Shown: in pieces, positions 26,906 to 43,437 of the stretch
How the letters are laid out: the number at the start of each line of letters is the position of its first letter
How positions within the stretch are numbered: the first letter of the stretch is position 1
Assembly (NCBI GenBank): GCA_964016885.1
Contig: OZ024746.1
Span: 95,170,001 to 95,234,000, forward strand
Source of the DNA: Eledone cirrhosa
Lineage: Eukaryota
Length of the DNA stretch: 64,000 nt
Direction: 5' to 3'
The notes under the pieces: generated by a model
What the model saw: the letters and a program-made list of their open reading frames with translations, nothing else
The model's database searches: none
Told to the model about the DNA's origin: nothing
Translations under genes and position numbers: made by a program

Positions 26906-27093
26906 ATTGTTTCTACCTTTTGGCACAAGGCCAGCAATTATCCAGAGCATTACTGGTACTTTATTTTATCGACCCCGTAAGGGTGAAAGGCAAAGTTAAC
27001 CTCGGCGGGATTTGAATTCAGAATGGCAAGGGCCGTAACTCTATACGTCAAAGTATGGAATCCGACCCTCTACCGATACTGCCAATCCACCGC
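26906..27093 (-). mobile_element. Full-length tRNA-derived SINE
   Basis: Complete family consensus; CAAATAATAAT-like direct repeats on both flanks. Confidence 0.9.
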
Positions 27094-27539
27094 AAATAAT
27101 AATAAATATAGATTTCTTACCTCGATATACAAGCCAGTCCACTCCATTAAAGACATCTTTTGATAAGCGAAAGGCAAGAAATATATTAACAAATATGAAT
27201 AATAAAGAAAGGGTTAATTATACTGATATTTTTATTGTTGTGTTATATATATTGGGTCCTCATTTGGGGCAACACTCCAGCAACACCCAGATAACAGCTT
27301 ATGGTGGCTAAATTTAGTGAGGGAATGGACGCTTGGACTGGAAATGAGCATTGCCAAGCATTTCTTCGGACCCTATGCACAGTACATGCCTTTACACTGC
27401 TTCTTTCGCCCTCTAACCATGTTGTAAGTCAGCTCTAGGCTATCACTGCTGTGACAGTCTTCACCATACCAATCTCTACTGCCATACCCGGGATCTTCTT
27501 TTCTCAGCCAACCCGACTGCATTGAAGAAGAATGATAGA

Positions 27540-27812
27540 AGCATCCATCCAGTTATGGTGGGCAACGCCTTGCAGCCAGGATAGCCTGCAGGTCAATCAA
27601 GGAAGACCTGAGCAAAGCACTAAACCCTGTCCAACTCGAAGTAGGAGCTATGTGAGGCACATGACCCAGAGCAAGATGGTTGGATAACATCGATGAGCTT
27701 GGGGATCCAGCCAGATCAGTTGGAGACGGTTGGTTCTGACAGGACCCACTGGAAGGAGTGTTTGAGGACTCTGCCCTCACGACTCTCTGTGGAATAAGTG
27801 GGCGAATAATAA
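27540..27812 (+). mobile_element. RTE-type LINE 3' fragment (family of 36345-37030)
   Basis: Reverse-complement match to 36360-36520, e.g. TCTGACAGGACCCACTGGAAGGAGTGTTTGAGGACTCTGCC. Confidence 0.75.
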
Positions 27813-28616
27813 GACATCTCTTATGTGTTGCATGTGTGTGTGTAGAGAGAGAGATTTATCAACATACAAGTGTAAAAATATACTAGATATAAAACGACAA
27901 GAAAGTATGTGGGAACAGTGTAAAATATTTTCTTGTGAAATGACAACCTAGTAATGGTGAATCTACACATCATACATTACATACCTCTTTACATAAACGG
28001 AATATACAAAATAGTTTTCAACGTACCGGTGTAAAGGTAATTATGTCACCGGTGTAACAATTTTGATATTACCTGTTTATCTTATCTCCAGATTAATTAA
28101 GTTATGTACAAGGAGGTTGGATAAAATTGAAAATAAATAAAATCTTATGAATAAGAAACAAATACAGTTTCTAGAGAAGAGAAACGAAATAAGGGAGGGG
28201 GGTAACTTAAGTATTCAAAATAATTCCAACTTTAGATACGAAGACAGTGAAGTCGGAAAGGTTACGTGCAGCACCACGTACATCTGCAACACTACTGAGT
28301 CAGTCATTCTTACAGTTAAAGTATTTATTTGTTGAATATAATTTGGCTGCTATTTCTAGCTGGTTGGACGATAACTTTAACGTGTGTTTTAATATTGTTC
28401 TGGACTTGGCCAACAAAGAATTTGGTAGCATTAATATGATTCCAGTCACAGAACTTAGCTCCTATTTCTATCAGGTTGAGGGACGGACCAAAAATGATCC
28501 TCAATCTTCTTCTTCTATGTTCTGATGAAAGACTACCGTTAAGATTCTTTCCCTACTATATCAAAAATTAAACTAATAATTTTCGTAGATATATATATAT
28601 ACACACACACATATAT

Positions 28617-28773
<157 letters not shown>

Positions 28774-29999
28774 TAGATATCTTTTGAAACAGTGAGCAGG
28801 TTTGAAATTAGAAATTAGAATAGCTTTCACCGTATTTTTTTACTAAAGAAATTTTAGTCTGATAATGGGGTTTAGAACCCTCAGATAAATGGAAAAAGAT
28901 GAGTATTGACGTACATGGGAGTAGAAATCTTATAATGAAACGAGACTGGGAAGAGATATATTTGATATATCTCATATGAAATAATACAGCCAATTTTCCA
29001 CACAATACAATTAGTTAGCACCCCGAACGTTTAATTAGGAATATACTCCGGTATTTCCTAATGTTTGTTGAGTGAGCTGGAATTTGGCCGGAGTATCGCT
29101 TTTAGCTTTCTCCGATTATGTATTTATATATATATAGCGAGAGAGAGAGAGAGAAGTGAAATACTGAACGAACAGTACAAAAGTGTGTTCACATGTCCAC
29201 TGAGGCACGTGCAAATAACAAAACCAGAGGAGTTCTTTGATGCCACAACACTACATGAAGAAATGGCGACCATCAACCACATAGACAGGAGGATGTGGTA
29301 TACGCCATAGATGCATACCCATGGCGGGTGTTTTTGCGTATGCCTGTGTATGTACGTATATGAATGCGTGCATGTATATATTTAATTATTGTTGATTTTA
29401 ATAACCTCTGTAATTTATTCACATTATTCTTAACTCCGAAGCCGAGAATCATTTGGTTTCCTAAATAGAATTTTAGTTACGACTTCAGTTATACCATAAA
29501 CGTGGTTTTGTCTTTGCTTGTAATTGTTTTCACCGCTCCAAATAATGACGTATTACCTTCGTTTTTTTTTTCGTTCTTTGCCAGGGAACGTTTCCACGAA
29601 CCAAAGTATCGTCTTCCTGTCTTCCTTCAGTTGCAACGTTTTTCGAAATATTTAGAAAAATTAGAATTGGTGCTCTGAAATAGCGATGTATTTTCAATTT
29701 TTGCTGGACTGGCAACCGCTCTGTTTAATCAGTTCCTGATTATTACTGGAATTCTATAAGAATCCAACATCCATAATTTTCAGCAGGAAAAGGGAGTACT
29801 GAGCTCTGAGGAGTACCAACAGATCTGTCAGCTTATCTCCCTTTGTTTGCTGAAAAAAGAAGTGACAATTAAAATAATAGCGTAAGGTCTTCAAAATGCT
29901 TTTAATTAAGCATAGTGTATTGCAAAATACACTATATACACATTCATATATATATCGCTATTTCAGAGCACCAATTCTAATTTTAGTATATATATATAT

Positions 30000-30440
30000 A
30001 TCATCATCCTCATTTTACGTCCACTTTTCCCTGCAAGGGTGAGACGGGTCTTATTCAGCACAGCATCTCTCCACTCGTCACGGTCCTTCGTCATCTCCAC
30101 CGTGAGCTTCAGCGATCTGAGGTCTGCTCTCACCACCTCCGCCCATGTTTTTCGTGGTCTACCTCTACCACATCTTCCTTCAAGTGGCATTTCCTGGCAC
30201 TTCTTCACCCATCGGTCATCTTCCATGCGCATCACATGTCCATACCACCTCAGTCTCCTCTCTTGCACACTATATTCTAGCCCTCTCAAACACAGTTTCT
30301 CTCTCAACAGATTCATGCTGGGTCGTTCACGCACATTGACATAGCACATCCAACGGAGCATGCTTGCCTCATTTCTCTCCAGCCGTCGCATATCCTCTGC
30401 AGTTGCTGCCCATGTCTCACTACCAGTTGCTGCCCATGAT
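30000..30440 (-). mobile_element. RTE LINE 3' fragment
   Basis: ORF 29963-30391 is nearly identical to the C-terminus encoded at 42022-42648. Confidence 0.92.
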
Positions 30441-31204
30441 ATTTTGTAGCCAATAAAGGCAGTAGCTCATTGAACTTTAGCCACCCTCTTCTTATTCTAG
30501 CTAGTAGACTTTCAAATCAACTTCCTTCACTGCTAATCTGGCCACCTACGTAAGAGAAGCTATCAAAGAAGAAAACCAATAAAATACAGCAAAGAATCGA
30601 GGAAGATCTTTTCATTAAAAAAATGTTGACACATGGTGATTTCTTTATTTATATAACAGTCAGAGGTAAAGATCCCCTTTTCCTGAAAAAAAAAAGACAA
30701 GAGGGTGGGGAAAAAGAAAAGGGGAAGGGATTGAGTTCATTGCAAGTTAGTATCTTATTTTTGTTGTTTATTTTTGTTCGTTTTATTTTCCTTTTTGTCA
30801 ACTGCTTTTAAAATGTTCTTACATAAAATCTGTAACCTGGAAACTTGGGCAGGAAGTGGGGTGGGAATAAACTGAGACAATAACAACACAAACACGAATA
30901 TATCAACAAATTATATATTAAGTAACAGTTAACAAATATGATTTATAGGAGGGAATATATAAACCACCTTAAATTACACCTACACACATATATATACAAA
31001 CACACACTCATACATAGAATTAAGAATTTCTTAGTAAATGAATATAAATATATCAACTCTAACAAAAGAACAACTACTTCAGCCATTCCTTGAACAACTC
31101 AACAACACAACCAAAATCTCAACAAAATTCTTTGCTGTCTTAAAAAAAAAAGAAAAGGAAAAGAGAGAAGACTACACCCTAAATCTTAGGACATCTTCAT
31201 GCTG

Positions 31205-35110
<3,906 letters not shown>

Positions 35111-35624
35111 TTGTATACATACATATATATATATATATCATCATTATCATTTAGCGTCCGTCTTCCACGCTAGCATGGGTTAGAAGGGATTGTCCCACTT
35201 GAGGCAAGATTGTTCGGGTGACCATGTCTCCCTCGTATAGAACTGTATCGTCTCCTGTAACTTAACCAAAATCGATAGTTTGCGATCAATGATCGATTAC
35301 ATAGATCGATTTTAGGTTGAACCTCTACAAGACATGAAATAGCGTTATCAGGATTTTTATTGGTTCCATCTAGAGTACATATTTTTCTTTGAAATATGTG
35401 CTCTGTATATATACACTATATTGTATATTCTCTTCGATATATGGTCCTCTCTCTCTATATATATATATCTTTTAATTTTGAATTATTATAGCTCTGAACA
35501 AAGTCTATTGAGCTTTTTTTATTGAGAAGCACAAAAATCAAACATATTTTATATGTTTTAATACCTCTTATTTGTATATATATACACACACACCCATATA
35601 AATATATATATACACACACAACCA

Positions 35625-35940
35625 GAATACCAGAGCTCCATTCAACCAGCTCACCTCCATATCAGAGCTCCACTCAATCACCTTACCTCCATGCCAGACC
35701 TCCACTCAACCACCTTAACTCCATGCCAGACCTTCACTCAACCAACCTACCTCCATTCCAGAGCTCCACTCAACCAGCTTACCTCCATGTCAGAGGTTCA
35801 CTCAACCACCTTTCCTCCATGACAGAGCTCAACTCTATCACCTTCCTTCCCTTCATTCACCCAGCTTATCTCTGTGTTAGAGATTCCCTCAACCAGCTTA
35901 CCTCCATGCTAGACCTCCGCTCAACCACCTTCCCTCCATA
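35625..35940. repeat. Degenerate 32-bp minisatellite
   Basis: Unit approximately CAGAGCTCCACTCAACCAGCTTACCTCCATGY. Confidence 0.85.
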
Positions 35941-36344
35941 GATAGATGCAACTGACTGTGGTCATTGGAGCACTTTGGCTACCTCTTGCGTCACAAGAGT
36001 TGAGAGCTTCTAAGTCTAAGCAAGTCATGTAAATCATCATCATCAAACTATGATAGTTGGGGAGCCTACAGATGCAGTCTCAATGAACCAAATACTTGAG
36101 TATATATGGTCTGTTTATCCACTATATAAGATCCTACACTGTAATGCCTGCTCTACTATATAAAGTCCTACACTATATGTCCTGCTTTATCTACTATATA
36201 AGGTCCTGCACTGCAAAGAAACAATCATCAATCCTCTGTAAAACTAATGAAGCTTTTATTAAAGTTCAAATAACACTTGAAGACCTAACGTCAATGTTCT
36301 GGATTCAATTTCTAGTCACACCTATATTCTTTCAATATACTCTA

Positions 36345-37030
36345 CTAATGCTTCTTCTTCTTCACCTACTTAGTCCTGTGAGGGTTGTGGAGGCAGAGTC
36401 CTCAAACACTCCTTCCAGTGGGTCCTGTCAGAAGCAACTATCTCCAACTGATCCAAAAGTGAGACCAGCCAAGATCACAGATGTTATCCCACCATCTTGC
36501 TCAGGGTCTACCCCTGGGTTTGCCCATAAAATCTGACTGGTGATTCTTTCCTGAGACATTCTAACCACATGCCCATTGTCTTGGAGCTGTTATCTCTCAA
36601 TTCGGAGAAGTAGCAGCTCCACCTGGAGTGATTCTCTGATCTCTGAGCCACGCACACTATTGAGTAATGTTACTCCAAAGACCCTTCGCAGGGACCCCAT
36701 TTCAGCCACTTGTATTCGCAATCGTCTTCTTTCGGTCATAACTCAAGATTGGCACGAATACCAAATTGAAGATAGTGAGTTTGGCTTTTATGGCTACCTC
36801 CCTTCTGATTACCGAATGATGAAGTAGGCGCATTACTGCACCAGCTCCTGCAATTCTTGCACTTAATTCAACCTCCTGCCTTCCATCACTCATGAACACA
36901 GCCCCCAGATACTTGAACTTCTCTACCTGCTTCAGTGGAACTCCATTCATATGTAGATTGCACTGCGCAGGCTTCTTTGAGAGACTGAGAGTCTCAGTTT
37001 TCACAGCACTGATTTTCATACTGCAAATGC
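36345..37030 (-). mobile_element. RTE-type LINE 3' fragment
   Basis: MKISAVKTETL...LKQVEKFKYLGAVFMSDG...ARIAGAGAVMR, with a (GAA)n tail at about 36352. Confidence 0.88.
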
Positions 37031-37749
37031 TTTTGTGAAAACATTCACACACATGTACACATATACACAATGCATTTCCTATCTCAGTCATGTTGCAATA
37101 ATATGATAATACTGTATAGCATTTACACATGTATGCTGAGCATTAATTTATCACGCAAATTTCCTATTCATATATCTAGTAATCCTGGACTCCAAAAATG
37201 CAATACATTCAATGCTATTGCTATCATTATAGTCCAAAATAAACCAAAAATTGACAATACAAAGCTGCCTCATTATTATTATTAAAGTGGTCATGTAGGT
37301 GTCACAACAAAAAGCACTCAGTCCATGCTGTAAAGTAGTAGTAGTAGTAACTATTGTTGTTATTGTAAATGGTGGGTGGGTGTAGCAAGTATGGCCTAAT
37401 TGAATGAGCCAGATGTGGGCATACAGCTGTAAGATAGGGACTACAAATTGGAGAGGGCCTTGGACTTTGTAGCCAAGGCAATATAGGAATTGTGGTGTTC
37501 CTGGTTGGCCTCTAAGAACTGCTCCGCTTGGAAATCACCATCATCATCAATATCATTTTACACCTGTTTTCTTTACTGGTATGGGTTGGACGGGTCTTCA
37601 CAGTCAAAAGCTAGTAGGTAGGACCACATCTTCATCATGTTTGACTTTGTTTCTATGGCTGGATATGTACAGGGTGCATTTTATCATGGCAACAGCACTA
37701 CCACTTTACAGAGTGAACTGGGTGGTAATAATAATAATAATACCAATAA

Positions 37750-38040
37750 TGTTTCTACTTTTTTGGCACAGGCCAGCAATTACCCTCATCAATTACTGGT
37801 GCTTTATTTTATCAACTTCTTAAGGATGAAAAGTAATGTTAACCTTGGCATGATTTGAACTCAGAACGTAAAGGGCCTTAGCTCTATGCTGCAAAGCATG
37901 GTGTCTAACACTCTACCGATACTGCCAAACCACCAATAATAATAATAATTTCTGGTCTAGGCACAAGGCCAACAAGGTTTGGGTAGGGAAAAGTCGATTA
38001 AATTGACCCTGGCGCATTACTGGTACTATATTTTATCAAC
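37750..38040 (-). mobile_element. Two SINE copies
   Basis: Family consensus; the second copy is truncated where the 39-bp array begins. Confidence 0.85.
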
Positions 38041-38731
38041 CAGGATCAACTATACATATCTATATATCAGGATATAAACCAGGATCAACTATATATTTCT
38101 ATATACAATAATATAAACCAGGATCAACTATACATATCTATATATCAGGATATAAACCAGGATCAACTATATATATCTATATGTCAGGATATAAACCAGG
38201 ATCAACTATATATATCTATATGTCAGGATATAAACCAGGATCAACTATATATATCTATATGTCAGGATATAAACCAGGATCAACTATATATATCTATATA
38301 TCAGGATATAAACCAGGATCAACTATATATTTCTATATACAATAATATAAACCAGGATCAACTATACATATCTATATATCAGGATATAAACCAGGATCAA
38401 CTATATATATCTATATGTCAGGATATAAACCAGGATCAACTATATATATCTATATATCAGGATATAAACCAGGATCAACTATATATATCTATATGTCAGG
38501 ATATAAACCAGGATCAACTATATATATCTATATGTCAGGATATAAACCAGGATCAACTATATATATCTATATGTCAGGATATAAACCAGGATCAACTATA
38601 TGTATCTATATATCAGGATATAAACCAGGATCAACTATATATATCTATATATCAGGATATAAACCAGGATCAACTATATATATCTATATGTCAGGATATA
38701 AACCAGGATCAACTATATATATCTATATATC
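38040..38731. repeat. 39-bp minisatellite, about 18 copies
   Basis: Unit CCAGGATCAACTATATATATCTATATRTCAGGATATAAA. Confidence 0.95.
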
Positions 38732-39274
38732 ATAATTTAAAACAAAATATATTTGAGTGATGTTTTTCTTTAAAAAAATCTGAAAATCGAAAGTTACAGG
38801 CACATCCTGTTTAATGAAGAGAGTTCATATTACTAAAATTCTAGAATCACACATATATTCACATACACAAACATACACATATAGATATTTTCTTACACAC
38901 ATACGCACACATTTACTTACAGATACACATATTTTCTCACACACAAACACATAGCCATTACATACAGATTCAGTCATGCACATACATAAATATACTGACT
39001 TACATTGATAAACACATACACAACTCGTGTATGTTTATGTTGTTAAAATTTGCGTTTTCTGTGAAATGGAAAGGAATTCCATTTTTCTCATAATCCTTTT
39101 TTTTATTGCTTTTTTTATCTTTTCATATTTTTTTGGCGATTTTGTTTTGTTTTGTTTGTTTTTCTTCAAGAATATTTTGTTTTATATCTTCAAATTAAAA
39201 TAAAAATATATAAAAATGACCAACCTCTCTCTCTCATTTTCCAACCATCACCTTACTCCACCTTTCCAAATAAC

Positions 39275-39512
39275 GGTTTCTAATTTAGGCTCAAGGCCAG
39301 CAATTTTGGTGAGTAGGTGAGAAAATCGATCATATCGACCCATCGCCCCCACCCCAGTACTTGACGGGTAGTTTATTTTATCAAACCCAGATGGATGAAA
39401 GGCAAAGTTGACCTCGGTGGGAATTCAACTCAGATTGTTAAAGAGCCAGAAAAAAAAAATGCCTGGAAGCATTTGGTCCAATACTCTAATAAAAATCTGC
39501 CAATCCACTGCC
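39275..39512 (-). mobile_element. tRNA-derived SINE in the presumptive 3' UTR of the ABCB gene
   Basis: Family core (GATGAAAGGCAAAGTTGACCTCGG on the plus strand); lies about 85 bp past the stop codon. Confidence 0.8.
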
Positions 39513-39595
39513 CTAACAAAACTAATTGGAGTAGATGAGAGGAAATAAGGTGAGATGAGGAGAAATGAGGTCATTTGAGGTCAGATGAGGTCAGG

Positions 39596-39904
39596 TCAGT
39601 GTATTGCTGGACTCCCTGCCAAACACTCTTCTGCAATCGGCTGTTGACTTCGAGAGTGAATGGGAACAGATGGCGTGGTGGCTGGAAGACTAGATCGAAG
39701 GGGTGCTGATAGCATGTTCTCTGGGAAAATTTCAGATGGCTGGAAGAGATTTTGTGTTGTGGAAGTAATACTGGACTTGGTGGAATCTGAGTTAGTGGGG
39801 ACGGTGAGTTGACGAAGGACTAGTCTTTTGTAAACACCATTCAATACTAACAGCTCATCGTGTGTTCCTTGCTCAACTATGCTGCCTTTATCAATGACGA
39901 TGAC
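39596..39904 (-). CDS. ABCB half-transporter, terminal coding exon
   Basis: CAG acceptor at 39905-39907; VIVIDKGSIVEQGTHDELLVLNGVYKRLVLRQL followed by an S/T/P-rich tail; TGA at 39596-39598. Confidence 0.93.
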   Translation of the reverse strand, partial: VIVIDKGSIVEQGTHDELLVLNGVYKRLVLRQLTVPTNSDSTKSSITSTTQNLFQPSEIFPENMLSAPLRSSLPATTPSVPIHSRSQQPIAEECLAGSPAIH

Positions 39905-39949
39905 CTGTAGCAGAAGAGGAGAGACAAAACAGAGAAGAATTGAAGAATC

Positions 39950-40160
39950 AGCATCATCATTACCATCGTAATCATCAACTTCATCATCATCACAATCATC
40001 AATTTCATCATCATCTACATTTTCATCAAAACCAGTACAACTCTTATCATAATCATCACAATCACTACTACCACTATCATCATCACCACAATCACTACAC
40101 TATCATCATCACCACCACTATCAGCCTCATCACAATCATCATCTCCACCATCATTATTAC
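39950..40160. repeat. (CAT/CAC)n degenerate microsatellite
   Basis: Read directly. Confidence 0.9.
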
Positions 40161-40169
40161 AATTTTTAA

Positions 40170-40540
40170 ATACATTTTTCCAAGGAGCCGGTATAAACTC
40201 TATAAAATGTACACAATGCAAATCTTGGCTACACAAGAGGTGTAGTGGGATAGCAGGCAAACTAACAGGAAAGGAAAACTTTGTTTGTAGTAGATGTTCA
40301 TGGAAAATTGGTAGTAGAAGTGTCAGTGATAGGTACATTTTTCAAATGCAGGTAGAATCTAAAGAGGTGGTTAATAGCTTCCGATATCTAGGTGATCAGA
40401 TTAGCAAGAAAGGAGTGCTACGAGGCCATAGTATCTAGAATAAGGACAGGATGGAAGAAGTTTAGGGAGCTGCTTCCTCTGGTGACAACAAAGGGTTTCT
40501 CCCCACGAATGAAACGTCAGCTGTATGATGCCTGTGCAAA
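40170..40540 (+). mobile_element. RTE internal fragment (PHD-like region) in the last intron
   Basis: Diverged paralog of about 41860-42210. Confidence 0.85.
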
Positions 40541-40619
40541 CAAACCGAATATTAATAATATATCATAATATTATTATTATTCATTCACAAATACATATAC
40601 ATATATATATATATATATC

Positions 40620-42670
40620 AGGCCATTAGAGACAAAAGACTAGCATGGAAGGCTTCGAAAAAAGGGTGGGAGTAGGGAAAGATATACAGCCGCTAAGAGA
40701 GAAGCTAGACGTCAGGTGTACTTAGCACGCAGGGAGGCTGAGAGTAGGAGGTTTGCCAATGTTCTGCGACGGGAAGATCAGAAGCGTGCGGTGTTCCACA
40801 TTGCAAGGCAGTGTGTCAATGCAAATCAGGATGTTGTTGGAGATAAATGTGTCCGGAATGATGCCGGTGTACTTAGTGTCACGCATGATCAGAAAAAGGA
40901 GGCCTGGAAATGTCATTATGAGAGACTGATAAATGTGGAGAACGAATGGGAGAGAGAGACATTACCCTCAGTAGATCCGACAGAGGGACCAGCTATTGAG
41001 ATTGACGAATATAGAGTCCAAGAGGCGATTAAGGAAATGAAAAATGGTAAGGCTGCTGGACCATCAGGGGACGTAGGCACTAAACTGGTTGCACGCATCA
41101 TCAATCAGGCTATATATGGTGGTGTCATACCCAAAGACTGGTGCAGCAGTATTCTCATAAATTGCTACAAAGGTAAAGGGGATGCTCTGGAGAGGAGCAA
41201 TTATAGGGGTATAAAACTGATGGATCAGGTTATGAAAGTGGCAGAAAGGATATTAGCACAACTAATTAGAGAAAGGGTCAAACTAGATGAGATGCAGTTT
41301 GGTTTTGTGCCTGGGAAGAGTACAACAGATGCCCTCTTCTTGGTGAGACAATTACAAGAGAGGTTTTTAGAGAAAATAAGCCACTATACTTAGCCTTTGT
41401 TGAGCTAGAGAAGGCCTTTGATAGGGTACCCCGATCTGTCATCTGGTGGTCCCTAAGGAAACTAAGTGTTGAGGAATGGCTTGTGAGGACAGTGCAAACT
41501 TTGTACAGAGGTACTGTCAGTAAAGTCAGGGTAGGAATGGAGTTTAGTGAGGAATTCCAGATACAAGTAGGAGTACATCAAGGTTCGGTCCTCAGCCCAC
41601 CCTTGTTCATTATAGTCCTCCAAGCCATAACAGAGGAGTTTAAGACTGGCTGTCCATGGGAACTTCTCTATGCTGACGATCTGGTTCTTATAGCAGAATC
41701 AGTAGAGGAGCTAGAGAATAAATTCTGGCTATGGAAACAGCAGTTGGAAGCAAGAGGACTGAGAGTGAACCTAGCTAAGACAAAAGTGTTGATGAGTAGA
41801 AAAGAGGACAAAACTCTGATTCCGTCAGGGAAATGGCCATGTTCGATATGCAGAAAAGGAACTGGCATAAATTCTATAAAATGCACACAATGCAGATCCT
41901 GGGTACACAAGAGATGTAGCGGGATAGCAGGCAAACTAACAGGTAGGGAGAAATACGTATGCAGTAGATGTACAGGGAAATTAGACAGTAGAAGTCGCAT
42001 TGATAGACACATTTTTTTCAAATGCAGGCGGGTGCTATAGAAGTGGTGGATAGCTTCCGGTACCTAGGAGATCAGATTAGCATGGGAGAGGGGTGTTCCG
42101 AGGCCATAGTATCTAGAATAAGGACGGGTTGGAAGAAGTTTAGAGAGCTGCTTCCTCTACTGACGAAGAAGGGTTTCTCCCTGCGTACAAAAGGTCGGTT
42201 ATATGATGCCTGTGTGAGGAGCGGGATGCTGCATGGTAGTGATACATGGGCAGCAACTGCAGAGGATATGCGACAGCTGGAGAGAAATGAGGCAAGCATG
42301 CTCCGTTGGATGTGCAATGTCAATGTGCGTGAACGACCCAGCATGGATGTGTTGAGAGAGAAACTGTGTCTGAGAGGGCTAGAATGTAATGTGCGGGAGA
42401 GAAGACCGAGGTGGTATGGACATGTGATGCGCATGGAGGATGACCGATGGGTGAAGAAGTTCCAGGAAATGCCAGTTGAAGGAAGACGCGGTAGAGGTAG
42501 ACCACGAAAAACATGGGCAGAGGTGGTGAGAGCAGACCTCACATCGCTGAAGCTCACGGTAGAGATGACGAAGGACCGTGACAAGTGGAGAGATGCTGTG
42601 CTGAATAAGATCCGTCCAACCCTTGCAAGCAGGGAAGAGCGAACGTAAAATGATGATGATGATGATGATA
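40620..42670 (+). mobile_element. 5'-truncated RTE-clade LINE: RT (YADD), Cys/His finger insert, (TGA)n tail; frameshifted
   Basis: ORFs 40716-41393, 41483-42040 and 42022-42648 give NYRGIKL, QFGFVPGKSTTDA, GVHQGSVLSP, LLYADDLVL and WYGHVMR...GRGRPRKTW. Confidence 0.95.
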
Positions 42671-43157
42671 TATTCAAATTTTTTTTTGTCTTTATTGGAC
42701 CTTTTTTCTGTTTCTCCATTGTGACCATGCCTCTACTTTTGTACCCCTGAAGAAGGGCTTAATCCCGATGCATCAAACTTTCTTTCCTCTTTCCAATATA
42801 TATCATCATCATTGTTTAATGTCTATCTTCCACACTAGCTTGGGTTAGACAGGAATTGTCCCATTTGAGGCAAGATTGGTCGGGTGACCATGTCTCGCTC
42901 GTATAGGACTATCTGGCAGGTTTTCCACGGTTGGATGCCCTTCCCAACACCAACTACATTTACAGTGTGGAATAATAATACAAGGATGATTTTTTATGCC
43001 TTCATTACGTTTATTGATTGGTGATGTGCGTTTTGAGGGGATGGATATTTATATATTTTTTCCCTTCAATTTATGCCCGTTATTTTATTACAGCTTCACT
43101 TTCATTTATCCTAAACTCTGTTTTCAAGTCCATCTCACTATTCTATAATAAATAAAT

Positions 43158-43222
43158 ATTTCTTCTGATGAATAAAGACAGACATAAGTATCTGTCTTCA
43201 AGAAACCACTGGTAAATGAAAT
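43158..43222 (+). ncRNA. Degenerate hammerhead ribozyme-like motif
   Basis: CTGATGA (43165-43171), hairpin AAGACAGA/TCTGTCTT, GAAA, ACCA-C-TGGT, A, stem I ATTTCTT/AATGAAAT. The base of stem II is mismatched. Confidence 0.45.
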
Positions 43223-43314
43223 AATTATCTTATGTTGTTTATTACATAACTATATATATATAATACAAATGCACAATTATGGGATGTGGTGTTAGTAGAT
43301 GAATGTATTGTTAC

Positions 43315-43437
43315 CTGTGATGCATTTCTCACTGTAGAAAGTCGATGTGCAATAACAATAACTGTTCGTCCAATTAATGCTCTATCAATAGCTTCCTGTA
43401 CCAAATGTTCACTCTCAGCATCAAGGGCACTGGTAGC
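43315..43437 (-). CDS. ABCB half-transporter exon (D-loop, H-loop)
   Basis: [41 protein letters not shown]; AG/GT boundaries, phase 0-0. Confidence 0.96.

Noticed and set aside
28521-28560. CTGATGA hammerhead-core matches here and at about 20837, about 47979 and (minus strand) about 58955
   Set aside because: No properly placed stem II plus GAAA plus NUH.
39940-40245. His-rich ORF
   Set aside because: (CAT)n microsatellite fused to an RTE fragment inside an intron.
40620-42670. Active autonomous retrotransposon
   Set aside because: 5'-truncated, no endonuclease domain, at least two frameshifts.
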